Positions 1-13,800 of a stretch of DNA of 64,000 bases are shown piece after piece. Made by a program: the position numbers and the translations under genes. The stretch's first letter is position 1. Every line of letters begins with the position of its first letter. Location: NCBI GenBank assembly GCA_001643675.2, contig LSRY02000004.1, forward strand, positions 682,001 to 746,000, in the 5' to 3' direction. Origin of the DNA: Monocercomonoides exilis PA203 (taxonomy: Eukaryota; Protista; Preaxostyla). A model generated the notes under the pieces. That model was given only the letters and a program-made list of their open reading frames with translations. It was not told the DNA's origin and did no database searches.

Positions 1-3000
1 CTCGTGGTGAGTGGTTGGTGTTATTGGAACTTCTCCGTCTTTTGTCACATTTGCTGCGTTCTTTTCGCCTTGCCCGTGTGGAGACGGACATGGTGAATGG
101 AAAGGATGGATAAGGCCTGTTGAGAAATTCCGTGTTGAGGCTGCTTGGAAACTGCTCTGGATTGTCGAGCGCAGAGGAGTCACAAACAACGGGAACGCAC
201 AGTTCGTGATATCAACAAGTGATGCATACATCGGACGAGGAAGACAATCCCAAGGCTGCATAACATTGATCCACCACAGCTTCTTCTTCCAATTACCTTC
301 GTTTTTCCCTTCTCTCTGCTTCTTTGCATCTCCTCCTTTCGTCCCAGTGGCTTTCTCATCTCGTCTCCGTGTCTCGCCTGATACCCCTTTCAACTTGCTT
401 TTCTCTTTCTCTTCTCCCTCACCAGCCTTATCTCCTCCACTTTTCACTGGTTTCTTTTCTCGCTTCTTTGCAACGGGTGTGCTTGGATGTGAATGTGTTT
501 GAAGGACCATCGCATTTAAACGACTGTTCGATGCAGGTGTTGACTGCTGTGACTGCATTTCCTGAACTCCTTTTTGCTTCAGTGAAGAAGACAGACCATG
601 CAAAGGTGTTGAAGGTTGGGTGCCAAATATCAGTTTTGGAGAATTTCTGTTGAAGTTAACAAAATAAAACATATGAAAAATAAATTGAATGAAATATATT
701 CAATAAAGTTGCAAATTAACCAAAAAAGGTTTAAAAAAAAAATCTATAGTAAAATTTTCAATCAAATTTCGTAAAAAAAAAAATCAAAGCTTACAACTCC
801 AAGCAAAGCAATTCGAGTCTCTTTTTCAATAAAATCTTAATCATACTGTGCCATTTGATTCTGTGTCATTTGCCGTGGAGAGCTTGCTGCCGATGGTGAT
901 TCTGATTTGCTGTTTCTGTGAGGCATCAGTCTTCCTCTGCTCATCAAAGGCTGTCTGGGCGAAGGGTCCTTTGGAGAACGGCTCATGATCGCTCCTCTCC
1001 TTCGAGTGGATGAATTTGGAGTTCCATAAAATATTCCTTCAGAAAAAGATAAAAAGATAGACAAAAATAATACAAAATTGTGCAAAAAATGTAAATTCCA
1101 TTACAAATGAAATGTGAAAGAATATTAGTGAAATAGATATATTATCAATAAAGGGGAAATAAATAATTAAATAAATATAAACCAATTTCGTGCGAGACAG
1201 GAGACTGTCTCTCGCTTTCACTCACCGTCCATCCTCTGGGCCGGAAGTACAAAGATGTGTTCTGCATGCTCCTGTCAAACGGGTTCATCCATTTTCCATC
1301 GATGAATTTCAGCACGCCGCTGCGGAAGAGACCAATAAGATACCCGTCCACCGACTCGTTGAAGATCCACTTGCTTTCGTTCAGTGCCTTTTTCTCTTCA
1401 GACGCCGAGCCGCACTCTTCGAGAAGAGAATACTTCGCTTGAGACTCCATCACGTTCATGCAGCACCAGCTGAAGATGCTCCGCAGGAAAGGCACACTCA
1501 GCGGCTCCTTCACCAGCAGATCAAAGTACTCGTAGAAGAACCTGCCCCAGTCGAGATAGTTCTCAGCAAGCTGCTTCAGCGCTGCTCGGCCGATCATTTC
1601 TCCACTCCCAGCTTTTCTTCTCCGGTCGTTTTTGGCTCCTTCCCCTTCATTTCCACCGCCTTCTTTGTTTGGAGCATTATTTGCTTTTGCTCCTTCTTTC
1701 AATGAAACTGGTGTTCTTGGTGAACCAGAAACACTAATTGGCGTTAGGCCAGTTATGTTCTGTGGCTGTTGCAGTCTCTGAAGTCTCACAAGAGACGTGG
1801 TTGAAGAGCGGCTGAACTGGGAAGCCGAAGAAAGGCCCAGTCGAACCAATGAGCCAGACTGCTGCATGGAATGAGACTGATTTTGCTTCGATACTTGATT
1901 TGATACAGCAAGTGGTGATGGAGTTGAGAGCGATGTTGTAGATGCAGATTTCATTGTGTGAGCAAGGACGGTTGAGGAGCCTCGTAAGTATGGAGATGAT
2001 GGGGTATTCAAAGATGTGGAAGAAGGAAAGCAAGCAGATGGGGATGAGGAGGATGGTGTTGTGCGAGCAACATTCGCTGATGAAACTTTTATATCTGCTC
2101 CAAATTCATTTAACGCTTCATCCTTTAAAACTCCATTTGCTTTGTCGTTTCCCATTCCCTCGCCACTTTCTCCGGACCTTCTCATGTTCCCTTTCCCGTT
2201 TGGCACATCCTTCGAGGTCAATCTATTCTGAACATCAATAAAAGTCTCCACCAGTTCATTCTTCCCCATGATGATGATGATGTCTTCTGTATTGTTCTTC
2301 TCGTAGTCTTCTTTGATTGCCCGTCCCATAAAGTTCTCAAACAGAAACTTTCTCCGAAATGCAACATCCAAACTCAGTGCCGACAAGCAGTCGAAGAACA
2401 GACGAATGAACAGAACACTCTGCGAAATCCGATATTGAAGCATCTCCATCGCCTTCTCATCGAGAAATCCATTCGAAAAGTGAGTGATAGCAACAGATGC
2501 CGAAGACTGGGGAGAAAGCAGCAATGGAAATTTCATAGAGAACATGGACAAAGGCTCCACGCGGTACTGTTTTGTTTGTGGCTCATCATCGATTGATTTC
2601 AATGTGACTCCTCCTTCTTCCTTTCCAATCCACTCCTCTCCGCTCTCCCTCCCAGTTCTTGATCTTGCCTCTGTTTCTCTTTCCACTCGCTCCATTTCGA
2701 GCCGGTGCTTCTCTTCTTCTTCTTTGCTGACAGTCAATCGACTCATTGCGCACAAAAGCTGCCTCACAAACGACTCTGCGCAGCATAGCAGGAACTTCAT
2801 GCTTTGCCGCATAAAAGACACCGTCGGTGCAAAGCCGCTCATTCCTCGTTCTGCGCCACACTCAGCATGGGGACATCTGATGCTGGGAGATATGTGATAT
2901 AGAAGGAAATAGCGCTCGGCACGCGCTGGCCCTGCGTAGACAGTGAGCGACTGGCGCATCTGAGTCAAAAGCAGGTTGCTCGTCTGATTGGAAGGCGCAG

Positions 3001-6000
3001 AAAAGGAGCCGGTTGGTGTGATCATTGGCGATGTCGACTTGAACGAATCAGAAGAGCGAAGAGGAGTTGTGAAATGAATCAAATTAGTAATCTGGTGGGA
3101 ATTGTAAGGAGGGATCAGGAATGGCACAGGCGTGTGTTCCTTCAAAGATATATAAAACAGCTTCCTTTTCTCTTGTTGATGGATTTCTGCATCCGTATGT
3201 TCGTGAAGCTGAGCAATGGGAAGTGCGATAGTCTCTTTTTGCTGCTGTTCAGACAAAAACCCGGACTTCACTCTTCCCAAGTCAGCCTCGCTGCCAACAA
3301 CAGCATTGTCGCTCGGCTTTCTTGCAAGGCTTCTGACTTCTTTCTCCTCTTCATATTCCTTCGAGGTCACAAACGAGTCGACGAAATCAGCTGCCCGCTC
3401 GTCCTCTGTCCACATGTGGCTGTTTCGGTCGACGGCTGCCTCTGTCATGCAGGAGATGCCCACCATCACCAGATACAGAATGTTCCAGTGAAGGATCGAG
3501 TCCTCGTTCACATCAAACAGCGAGACGGGAAGCAGGCGACTCTCTCCCACAGAAAGCGACTGCTCAAGATTGCGCATCTTGCTGCGCTCTTCTTCGATAA
3601 GCTCTTCTTCGTTATCACTTTCATCGTCCAGCAAAGCAATTTCCTCCTCTTGCCAGTCCTTTTGCTCATCTCCTTCGTCGTTTTCCTCCTTTTCTCCAAT
3701 CCCAACTTCCTTGTGATTATCTCCCTCTCCATTCTCTGCTTCTCCTCTTCCTCTTCCTCCTCCTTCAACTTGGTCATCAGCTCCTTCTTCTCCTTTGTTC
3801 TTTCTGTTTCTCTCAGCTGTCTGTGAATACTGCCCCGTTGAGAGCGAGTCAACAGAAGCCCGCGAGCGAGACGAGGCAATAATCTCCGGAGTCAGCGTCT
3901 CTGTTGGATCGCCTGGTGACAGTGACTTGTCCACTTTCATCTCGTTCTCTTCGTCCATCGATCTTTCGTCTGTCTCGTGGTCGTCAAATTCTCCCCCAAC
4001 GTCAATTCCTGAAAGCTCCTCGTCGTTGCGCGTGTCCTGCGCCATCCGCATCTCCATGTTGCGTCTCCACTGCTCGCCGTTGGGACTGTTCTCTCCTTTC
4101 ATCAGCTCCATGTCTCCTTCTTCGTCTTCAACGGGAGTGTCTGGCCGGTCTGAAAACAGGTCATATTCATCAACAATTGCTGTGTTGTTGCCTTCGAAGC
4201 CGTTGCTGAGAATTCCGCGGTCGTCGTATCCTTCTTCAACGCTGGAGACATAGCTCATCTCTCCATCGTCGTTTTCGTCGAATCCTTCCCCTTTGCTTCT
4301 GCTTGTGAAACCGCCCAGCCGATCTCTTGATTTCTTGTATTGCTCGTCCTGATGCTCTCCTCGTTCATTCTCATCTTCTTCATCTTCTTCTTCGCTGCCG
4401 TCTTTTTCGTTTCCCTTTGAGTGCTTCTTCCTTCCTTTTCTGTGTCTCTTTTTCCTCCTTCGCTTTTCTTCGTCTTCCATCTTGTCTCGTTCGTTTTTTG
4501 CTTTTTCATTCAAAGCAGCTGCTGTAAATCGGCTAATCTCGTCGTAGAACAGATGCATGAGAGTGTGAAGAATGCCATGTGCGATTGCAGCTTGTGCTGT
4601 TTCCTTTCGATAAGTTGGATGCAACAAGAGAGAACAAAGAAGATCCAGCCCATAAAACACTTCTGTGGTGAACTTTGGAAGAGGCAAGTCAACAATAGTT
4701 ACAATGCTTTGAAGAAGCCTGTGTCTGATCACAGAATCACTCACGATGCGGTTTGCTATCATTGTCCGCTCTTCTTCTTCGTCTTCTTCGTCAAGCGAAT
4801 CATCAGAATCTGACAGATTGCCTTCGATAGCCATTTGTTCGTTGTTTCCAACTTCTCTGTTGTCAAAGCTGCTCCATGGCTTATCTCCATCTTTCTTTTC
4901 CTCATTCTGCGTGGACCACTTCTGTGCTGGAGGCAGTGCCTCTCCAATTGCATCGTCGTTCTCCCCATCTCTGCTGTGATGTCCGCTTAATGCTTTGCCT
5001 TGTTGGTGCAGCACAGAAGAAGACCCAGCAGACAGCGACGAGCTTTTAAAGCGAGCTGGATTGTCTTTCATGTGTTTGCGTTTCTCGTTCGGAGTAAACA
5101 AAATGCGTGTCATTGTGCGCATTGCAATCCCATTTGCTTGTGGTGTGGGAGACCTCTGCGAAGAAGGAAGGCCAATGTTCATTTTCTTCATGATAAAATC
5201 GGTGGATGAAGGAAGCGAAGACAGCTTCACGCAAATGCGGATGAGTCTTTTGTGGCTTCCGCAGAGCAGCACAGTTTGATGGTCGTTCCACTCGGTTGCA
5301 TTCATTTTGCATATTTCTGCTTCATTGCTTCTGTTGAAGAGTCTTTCCTTTCTTGCAGACGACTCATCAAAAGAATGCAGAACGCATTCAGTCAGCCCTC
5401 TCACAAACGGTCCCAGAAGATGCGAAAACTCGATGGTGGACAGAAGCCTCTCCATCGAAAGCGTCTTCTTCTTTACAATTGTCCCCATGGCTCCGCCTCC
5501 AGACGGTTCGCTTGAGGCAAAGTAATGAGGCAGCGCAGGAAGTGAGGATTGTGGCTGTTGGTGAAGTGGTTGGAATGGCAAGCTCGCAAGATTCCCTCCT
5601 GCATTGTTCGGGACTGCGAGTGTCACAAGTGAGAAAAGAGGCTCATTCAACACAGCGAATCCGTTCAGCGCAGGAATTGAACCAGAGGATATCTCAGAAA
5701 TGACGCTCCAGTCTCCGCGTTCGCTTGCGATCTTGCTCAAAAGCGAAAGAGGTGAAGCAGCCATCCCCAAGGTGCTGTGTGGCATGGAACCGCCCATTGC
5801 TCTGAAGTGGTGAGGTGGAGTTATCGCTTGCGATGAATTGAGTGAGGTGTGTGATGATGAAGTGCTTGAAGGAGAAGGTGTAAGTGTAGTTGGTGAAGGA
5901 ATAGGAATGAATGCGAATTGAGAAGTAGATAGTTGGCTTGAAGTGTTGTCAGGGAGTGGCGAAGTGCGTGAAAGGAATTCGTGCCGTGCTTGAACATTGT

Positions 6001-6865
6001 AAGATTCGTTTCCAATATGAGAAGCACTCGGAGAATGAATGAAAAAGTTTTTGCTTTCTTTCGAAGCATTTTCTTCTTTTCTATCAGAGTCTCCAACTAC
6101 GTTTTCAAAATCTTTAAGTGTTATTGGCATGAGGGGTAGTATGTTCGTAGAGCTAACTTTTTGAGGAGTTTCGTTCCAGTTGTTTTCATCAAGTGCAGGA
6201 AGAGTGGTTTGCTTGTTTTCAGCAGTCGCTTCTAGAGAAATAAATGTTCCTTCATTAAAACGAATAGGGGTGTTCAAAAATACTGGAGAACTGGAAGCGC
6301 TTCCATTATCAGTGTTGTTGTGTTGTCCAGATAATATTACACGATGTAATTCTCGAATTTGTCCATTAGATGCACTTTGTTCAGTATTTGTAGCATTAAA
6401 CTCTTTTGCTTGCATTTTTTCCATATTACTTGTTGAAGTCCCTTGTTCATTTCTTTTCATGTTTTTGCGTTTTTCTCTGGCATGACTTGATGACTCTTGT
6501 TCTAATTCAAGATTATCAGTTGTTTCAGCTTCATCTCCAATTTCTAAATCACAATTATCGTTTAATTGTCCGCTAGAATAAAGCTCAATTCCTTCGTTTG
6601 TTGTTGTTTTGTGCCCTCTTCGTTTTATAATTTGTAATTCGTTATTATCCTGTAACTGAGTATTATCATGAAAATTTGTTTCATCTGATGGATCATCAGA
6701 TATATTAGAATTTGGCGGTTTTAATGCAGAAACATTATTTGAGGGCTGAATTCTTCCTAATTTTCGTAATTTCTTTTTTAGTTTATAAAGTGCAATTGCC
6801 AAAATAAATATTATAATCAAAAGCGCGGCACCAACAACAATTACTACAATAAAATACACTTCCAT
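1..6865 (-). CDS. Giant (>2100 aa) hypothetical protein with N-terminal signal-anchor/TM and long acidic and Ser-rich low-complexity tracts; 3' end outside window. Exons 6865-1183, 1036-847, 646-<1
   Basis: The 1906-aa ORF starts MEVYFIVVIVVGAALLIIIFILAIALYKLKKK. Phase-compatible GT-AG introns at 1182-1037 and 846-647 join it to the 837..1085 frame and to a frame open to the window edge (…NSPKLIFG…WKKKLWWINVMQPWD…). Confidence 0.8.
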
Positions 6866-7339
6866 GTATTAATTATAGCGCAATACGCATTTTAAAAACA
6901 ATTGTAGAATTCAGTTATTGCTTAATAAGTCAAAAAGTCTATTTATTTGAATAAATGATCAGACAGTTTCCCATACATTTATGTGAAGAAGTTAAATATT
7001 CATTTACATTCTTTAAAATTCGCAAACATCAAATAAAAACTTTTATAAAAACGTGAAAAAAACATATCAAAACTAAGAATAGCATTCTGGTGTAAAAGAA
7101 AAATTGATAAACATAGATTATTGTTAAACATTATAATAATAATTAACTCCAAACAATGAGGAAGCGAATTTATATCACAAAAGCTCTTTGTGCATAATTC
7201 TTCAAAAAAAAAAAAAAATATCTCAAATAATCTTTACAACAAACAACTCACAACTGCTGCTCCGAGCAAAAATAATATTCTCATTTTACAGAACATTGTA
7301 ACAAATGAAAGCAAATACATAAAGATAAAGATTACATAT

Positions 7340-10036
7340 CTAAATATTCAAATTTTGATGCAAGGACGTATCGAACAAGACCGCCATAGCAAGCGAAAAC
7401 AATCCCATGACAGATCCTGCGACAAGTAAAATTACAGCCAACGTTTTTCCAAACGTGCATCCAGAAGGCAAATTCCTATAATGCTCAATAGTCAACTTGT
7501 TCTTCCTGTAGCAGTCTGGAATTGCTGGGTCATAATATCGCTTCGTAGTCGTATACTCTCTTGTGTTCCTCATAAACTGCAAGTAGAGCGCGGACGGAAA
7601 CAGAAACACAACAGCCACTCCGGCTGTCGAACCAACGATGTCAAACACAAGATTCACTGTCGGTATGAAGTTTCCCAACACCATTGCAATCGCTGTGAGG
7701 CACGAGCCAATCACACACGACAGAAACAGACCGTTCGTACACGGGCCGCAGCACGTGCGCTTGCCCCAGGGCTTCTTCTTGATCCCCCTGGTGACTTCAA
7801 CCATGTTGGGGTCCGTGTGCAGCAGGGAAGAGGTGGAAGAGGCAGAGGAAATTGACATGTTTGAGGAAGGTGAATGAAGAGAAGAAGAAGAAGAAGAAAT
7901 CGACTGTTCTGCGGATGAGCCATTGGACAACACATTTCCCATTTGAGCAGGTTGGTATGGCTGGTTCAACGCAGCCATTTCGCACGCTCTGCCTTCCTCA
8001 GCGACTGGCTCTTCAGCGCCTGGCGGAGCGTCTCCTCCGACAAAGCGGTATTCATAATCGAATTCCTCGTTTGACGAAGAGCTTCCTCCAAAAATCAGCG
8101 CAAACGACGGGATGGGCAAGTAGTGGTCTCTCTCCACCACCGAAGAGTACGACTGCGGAGGCGGGTACATGTAAAATTCTTCCTCCAGCCTTTCGAGGCT
8201 GCCCCCAACAAACGGCGTGGGTGTGGCAATCTCCTCGCTGCTCCCTTCAAACAGCGGAGAAATCAGGCGTTCTGACTCAGATTGGCTTCCGGCTGAAATC
8301 GTCGAGGTTTGAGACGCAGTTGTGGCAGACTCGCAAGGAGACGGGGTGATTCTCTGCTGGCCGGCTGGAGAAGGGTCAGCGTGGTCAACAGACTCGGCAG
8401 GGTCGACATAAACAAGCGGAGAAGGGTTTCTGATTGTGTACTCTTTCACTTCATGCTCGGAGGTTGATGCATCTGCTGTGGAGATGCTTCTTCCTTTGTC
8501 AAGCTTCTCCTGCTCTTTCTCATCCAACATCAGCTCTTCTTTCTCGCCGTTGTCTTCGTCTCCTTCTTCTGCTGCAGGTACATTCGGATCATCTGCAGAC
8601 TTCGTTTCTCTGCTCAGCACATTCCACTGCCTGCTTTTGATTCTCTTTTCTTGCTCTTCCTTCATCTCCTTTTCCATTTCATGGAGCCTCCCAGCAACTT
8701 CTCTTCCTCTCCCAATTGGCGCGTGCCTGTCTAACACTTCTGATTGCGTTCTAATCCTCCTAAACGGGATCATTGCCTCATTAGCCCCCGATCCTTGTGT
8801 GCTTATTATTCGTTTTTCAGAATTTGCATTATGTTCATTTCCTGTGCTCTGCCCAGTTCTCTTTAGTGATTGGCCGCCTGTTATTTCTTCAAGAGGGAGC
8901 GGAGGCTTCATTTCGGTTATGATTTGGTTTGTTGTAGCTGTTTTGATCTTTATGAACGTTCTGACTCGGCCTTTGCTGTCTTTCGGCTGGTTTCTTTCAG
9001 CAATCATCTTCTTGATCATCGATGTGATGTTAATTAGAGCCATACGCGCTGGAAGCATCTGCACAGGAAAACAGAATATAACAGTAATAAGAGATCCGCA
9101 TCTGGCCAGAATGGGCAAAATATCTTTTTCTTGAAACATTGTAAGAATATTTCCAGGGGTTGGATGTGTAAAGTATTGAGAAGTGAAGCACATGTATCCA
9201 AAGGAACCAGCTGTAATATAAAAACTGCTAACAATCAGCACTTGACACATAAGAACTTTTGTCATTGCTGGTTTAGATCTTCCCTTGTACTCACTCAAAA
9301 CCAATGGTACGTTTTGATGACAGCATATCGAGAAGATCAATGTGGACAACGTTTGAATAGCTTTTATGTTCGTCTGAATCAACACAGGTGGATCTATTAG
9401 TGGGGTTCCTGGAGCATGACTTATACAACGTACAACAATGACGGAGATACACAGGGCCATTGATATTGTTCCAAGAAAAGATGTGAATTTAAGTGCATCA
9501 AGGGTTCTAAACCATCCAAGAAGTTGAAGAACGGCTACACCTACAACAATAATGATGAAAAATCTTTGAACAAAAACAGAATCTTCTGGAACTCCTGCGA
9601 CTTTTAAAAGAGAAGGCACAAAATCACTGATAAGAATAATATATGCCCAAAGACCGCCAAAACAATTCAAAAATGTGCACATTTCCACCAAAAGCAAGCC
9701 CTTCATTCCAAATAACTTTGCAGCCAACTAAATAAAAATAGGTTTTGTTAACAAATAAATAAAATAAAAATAAAACAATCAAGCCCCTCCAAGTGAATAA
9801 ACTCCGCATGCATCTGCCACAACAAGCAAAAAATACATTGTACAAAAGGCAATCATTTCAACCAATACGTTCATGCAAATAGCGAGAACAAGTCCAGCTT
9901 TTGCGTATGCAAGAGGAACGCCAAGCATCCCAGCTCCAAGTGTCGAATTAATGAGAGTAAAAGTTGACATAATAAAATTTCCAGAAGGGCGGCGCAGCTG
10001 TCTTGTTGGCTGTGCACTTTTTTTCTTGTTCTCCAT
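7340..10036 (-). CDS. Amino-acid transporter, AAAP/Aa_trans (SLC38-like) family; exons 10036-9785 and 9727-7340
   Basis: TM1 motif FTLINSTLGAGMLGVPLAYAKAG; LDALKFTSFLG; FSICCHQNVP; FYITAGSFGY; GNIL; VFDIVGSTAGVAVVFLFPSALYL; about 11 hydrophobic segments; TTTAG acceptor at 9728. Confidence 0.9.
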
Positions 10037-12286
10037 TTTGTTGAACCGAAAAACGAATAAGTTTTTCCCTTCAAATAATAATGGTTAGGAAAATATGAAG
10101 ATTATTTGCAATACATCGCAAATAATTAAAATTAAGAATTTAGACGTTTTGAAATTAATTTTTTTCAAAAGAAACATGAGTCAAGCTGTCATTTCACAAT
10201 TTCAAGAAATTCAACAATCATTTTTGGAAAAGAAACGAAAATTATTTCCGTCAAAATTAATTAATTAATTTCCACCAATAAAAGTTTCATCTTTCAAGTG
10301 AAGTTTGACCAGCTATTTTATGCAAGGTTTTCATTATTTTGCATATTTCGGAAAAACTATTAACACAACGGATAATATTGAACAAGTGGTTTTTTTCAAC
10401 AACAATTCAAAGCATTATTCTGATTGTTTATCATCTCTTCTTGCTTTATATCTCACATAGCATTTTATGCTTTAGTTTTGATTACTGTTGAATATTAAAG
10501 AATCCAAGAATCAATATTAAAGAGAAAATGTGATGAGTATTTTTCTGAAAAGTCAATAGTTGTTATTTTATTTTTATTTTGCTAGCAAAAAGAAAGAAAG
10601 AACAATATGACTTAACATCTGACAATGAGAAGACAAAGGATTTGGAAAACAGTAAGAATAAAGCATAAGTGAGGATAAGAGATTCAAAAGAATTTGTCCG
10701 TTGCACATGAAAATTACTAAAAAAGGAAGGAAGGAAGGAAAAAAGAAAATCTTTCAAACGAGATATAATTTTTGACAATAGTTTTCATAAACTTTTCAAA
10801 TTTTTTCCCTTATAGCTTTCGAAAGTTCAAAAAGTTATAATTTTCTGTTTGTATGCGAAAAATAGTAGTTTATTTATGAAATATCGATTAACCACATTAA
10901 AGCGTTAAAGATAAAAATAAGAATACTTCTACAATTTGTTCAATAGTTCAGATTATTGAGTGAAAAGTTAATTTGTTGTTGGAAAAAAATACAGACTTCA
11001 AAAGATACAAATGATAAATTTTTCAATAAGCAGCTTTGCAAGTGCATAATATCTCAACACCCAAAGAAGATTGGCACAAAACAAAACGCAGACGCGCCGT
11101 CTGCCGTTGTGTGCCATACACTGCTTTGGCTCTGAAATTATCAGCGCACAAACAAGCTGATCGAAATGAGTGCGCTTCAGCACTCAGATTGAATAATTAA
11201 TAAAAAACTGCATCGCAAATATCAAAAGAAAAAAGAAATAGTAAAAAAAAGAAAAGAAAGAAAGAAAGAATAAAGAAAATCAAATAAAAACTCATGAAAT
11301 TTCGTCATCGTCTTTGCCTTCTTTGTCTTCTTTGCAGTCTTTCTTGAAATTAGATGCAAATTTTTGAATGCAAAGAAAATCAATTGAATGAAAAGAAGAA
11401 TAAGGAATGATTGCGACAGAAAGAGTTTAGAAAGATGGCTTGAAAAACGAATATAACGAAAATGAAGAAGACGAAGAAGAAGATGAATACGAAGAAAAAG
11501 AAGAAGACGATGACGAGAGTATAAAAAGAAGACAGAGATAGAGCAGCAGCATCAGAAAAGAAGGAATCTGTTGTTAATGATATAAATAATAAGTTGGATT
11601 AAATTAAATGAAAAATATAAAATGAAACCATACGCACAACAAAAATCTTTTAAAAATAATAAAAGAAGAAGAAAAAGAACGAGATTGTGATGAAGAAGCT
11701 GTAGATGCTGCTTCCTATATGAAAAAATACAAAAATGAATTTATTATCGTGATGATGTGAACTTTAAGAGAAATGTTGAAGAACTCTTCAAAGCTCATCT
11801 AATTTGGTAGAAATACTGTGGAAAGGATGGCTTCAGACACAAATGGAATCATAATCATAATCGCAATAACAATAATGATATCAATAAAAGGGAAAAAACT
11901 CATAATAATAATATTAATAAAGTTAAAGAAGAAGACGAAGTTGTAGTAGTAGTAGAAGAAGAAGAAAGATAATGATAATGATAATGATGGTTGAATAAAT
12001 TTGCGATTGATGATTTGTGAAAGAGAAATGACGATGGAAATGGAAATTTTTCAAAATGGAAGTTGAAAAAATGAAAAATGATAGAAATAAATAAGAGGTC
12101 AATAAGCCATTTAAAGTTTGCATTGGATTTTTTTTTTCTTTTTTTTTTTAGCCTTTCATTCATCCGCCTCTTCTGAAACTCAAAGTTCACTCCATTCCAT
12201 TCTTCATCGTCATTTCTCTTTCCTCTTGCATTCCCTTCATCTGAAACAACAAATCAAGAAATGCAGTTGAGAAGAACATTTTTCTT

Positions 12287-13800
12287 TTACAAATACACAA
12301 TATAATCAGGGTCTGGCAGACGCGGCAAAAAGTCAAAAGATGATAAGTGAATATCTTTACTCCCAGGAAAGAAACGAGGCTGTTGACACAAGTCCGTTAA
12401 TGAGTCTTCGTATCCTTTTTCCTCCAACATGTCAAATATCTTTCTTTTAATTGCTATTCGTTTTGTTTCGTCGCTCTCTTTTTCCGTTTTCTTCTCTAAT
12501 GCTTCCTTTAAGAATCGGAAAAACAAAAAACATTCCTTGATTTGAGAATCCTTTTGGTATGGATTTGTAATTTCCTCCAAAACAGCATTAACAGCCCCGC
12601 TTTTTAACAAGTATTCAACATGCTTTGCTCCGTTTACAAATTTATTGAAAAAACTGATGCAAAATCTATTAACATTTCCATTGTAATTCTTTGATGCCCG
12701 AAACGCTCCTGCAACGCTACCAAGTAGCCCAACAGATTCTTCATTCCACAATCTATGTGATTCTAAGTATTCTTCCATTACATTGATCCATTTATTAATG
12801 GTGCGTGCTTCTTTCTTTTCTATTACATATAAGAATCTCTCCACTTTGCTCTTCCAATCCATGCATTTTGTAAGTTCCTCCAATTCTCTTTTTGCTTCTC
12901 TCATAAAATGCATCTCGTTCATAATCAATTCTTCTAAACTTTTATCATTCCCAAATCGGTTAATAGTAAACTGCCAAGCAGCTTGATAGGCCAGTCGTGT
13001 CAGATTGCTATGTTTCTGATGATATTGGATTATTTCCATCATTTCATTCAGATAAAGTTTATTTTCTGTTTTTCTCTAAATAAGATATTAAAATAGAGCT
13101 AAAAAAATAAAATCTAAATTGATAAAAATAAAAATCAAACATTTATTTGATCAATTACACTTAACACATCCAAAGCAGTTTCAACTTCATTTTGAACTTT
13201 TTCGCTTTTCTCCTTATTCAACGAAATTTTCAACATGCACAGTATGAAAATGTATTCAAAAGCTCCCAGCCAATCGCTTGCACAAGCTAAAAGATAACAC
13301 TTGTTCAAATCAAACAACAGCTCAACATTTTTTTCTTCATCTTTCTTCTCTTCTTCAAAATTAATCAGTTCCTCAATTTTTTCGACCAAAGAAAATCCAT
13401 CAAAATGACAACTAGGAGGTTTAATGCACTGTATGAAAACTCCTGCATTATTCAACAAATAAACAGCATTTTCATATGACATTTTCTTTTCTTCAACCAT
13501 TTTTTCAACTTCTTTGATCAGTTCTTCATCAAAAATATAGCACAATCTATTTTTGCTCATTTTAAATATAATTGCATTCATTTTTCCGATTTTTTGCTTT
13601 TGCTCATCTGTTGTGTAGTTGCCTAACTTTGAAAATTTCGCTTCAAAGATCAAAATAAGAACGAAGCTGAACAACCGAAAGATAAAGTGAAATTTCAAAC
13701 ACCAATATTGTCTAATTGGGAGCATCTCTTGATTTTCATAGAATGTATAGTCTTGAAAGGCAATATTCATTTTGAAAGAAATAAGACCTTCTTTAATCAC
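12287..13800 (-). CDS. Lineage-specific helical hypothetical protein; intron 13140-13076; 5' end uncertain
   Basis: Two ORFs are joined in frame by a GTTTGA…TTTAG intron (…DQIN|RKTENKLYLNEMMEIIQYHQKHSNLTRLAYQAAWQF). From memory it resembles a large Monocercomonoides paralog family; not verified. Confidence 0.65.

Noticed and set aside
11132-11190. Hammerhead-like layout CTGA…stem…CGAAA…stem
   Set aside because: CUGAnGA reads CUGAAAU and the U required after stem III is G, so it is not a canonical hammerhead.
11055-11190. SRP RNA or snRNA identity for the hairpin island
   Set aside because: No GNRA-capped helix 8 and no U1, U2 or U5 signature sequences were recognisable.
11220-12250. Purine-rich, codon-like GAA-repeat stretch
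   Set aside because: Stops in all frames and no recognisable domain; possibly a decayed gene, but unsupported.
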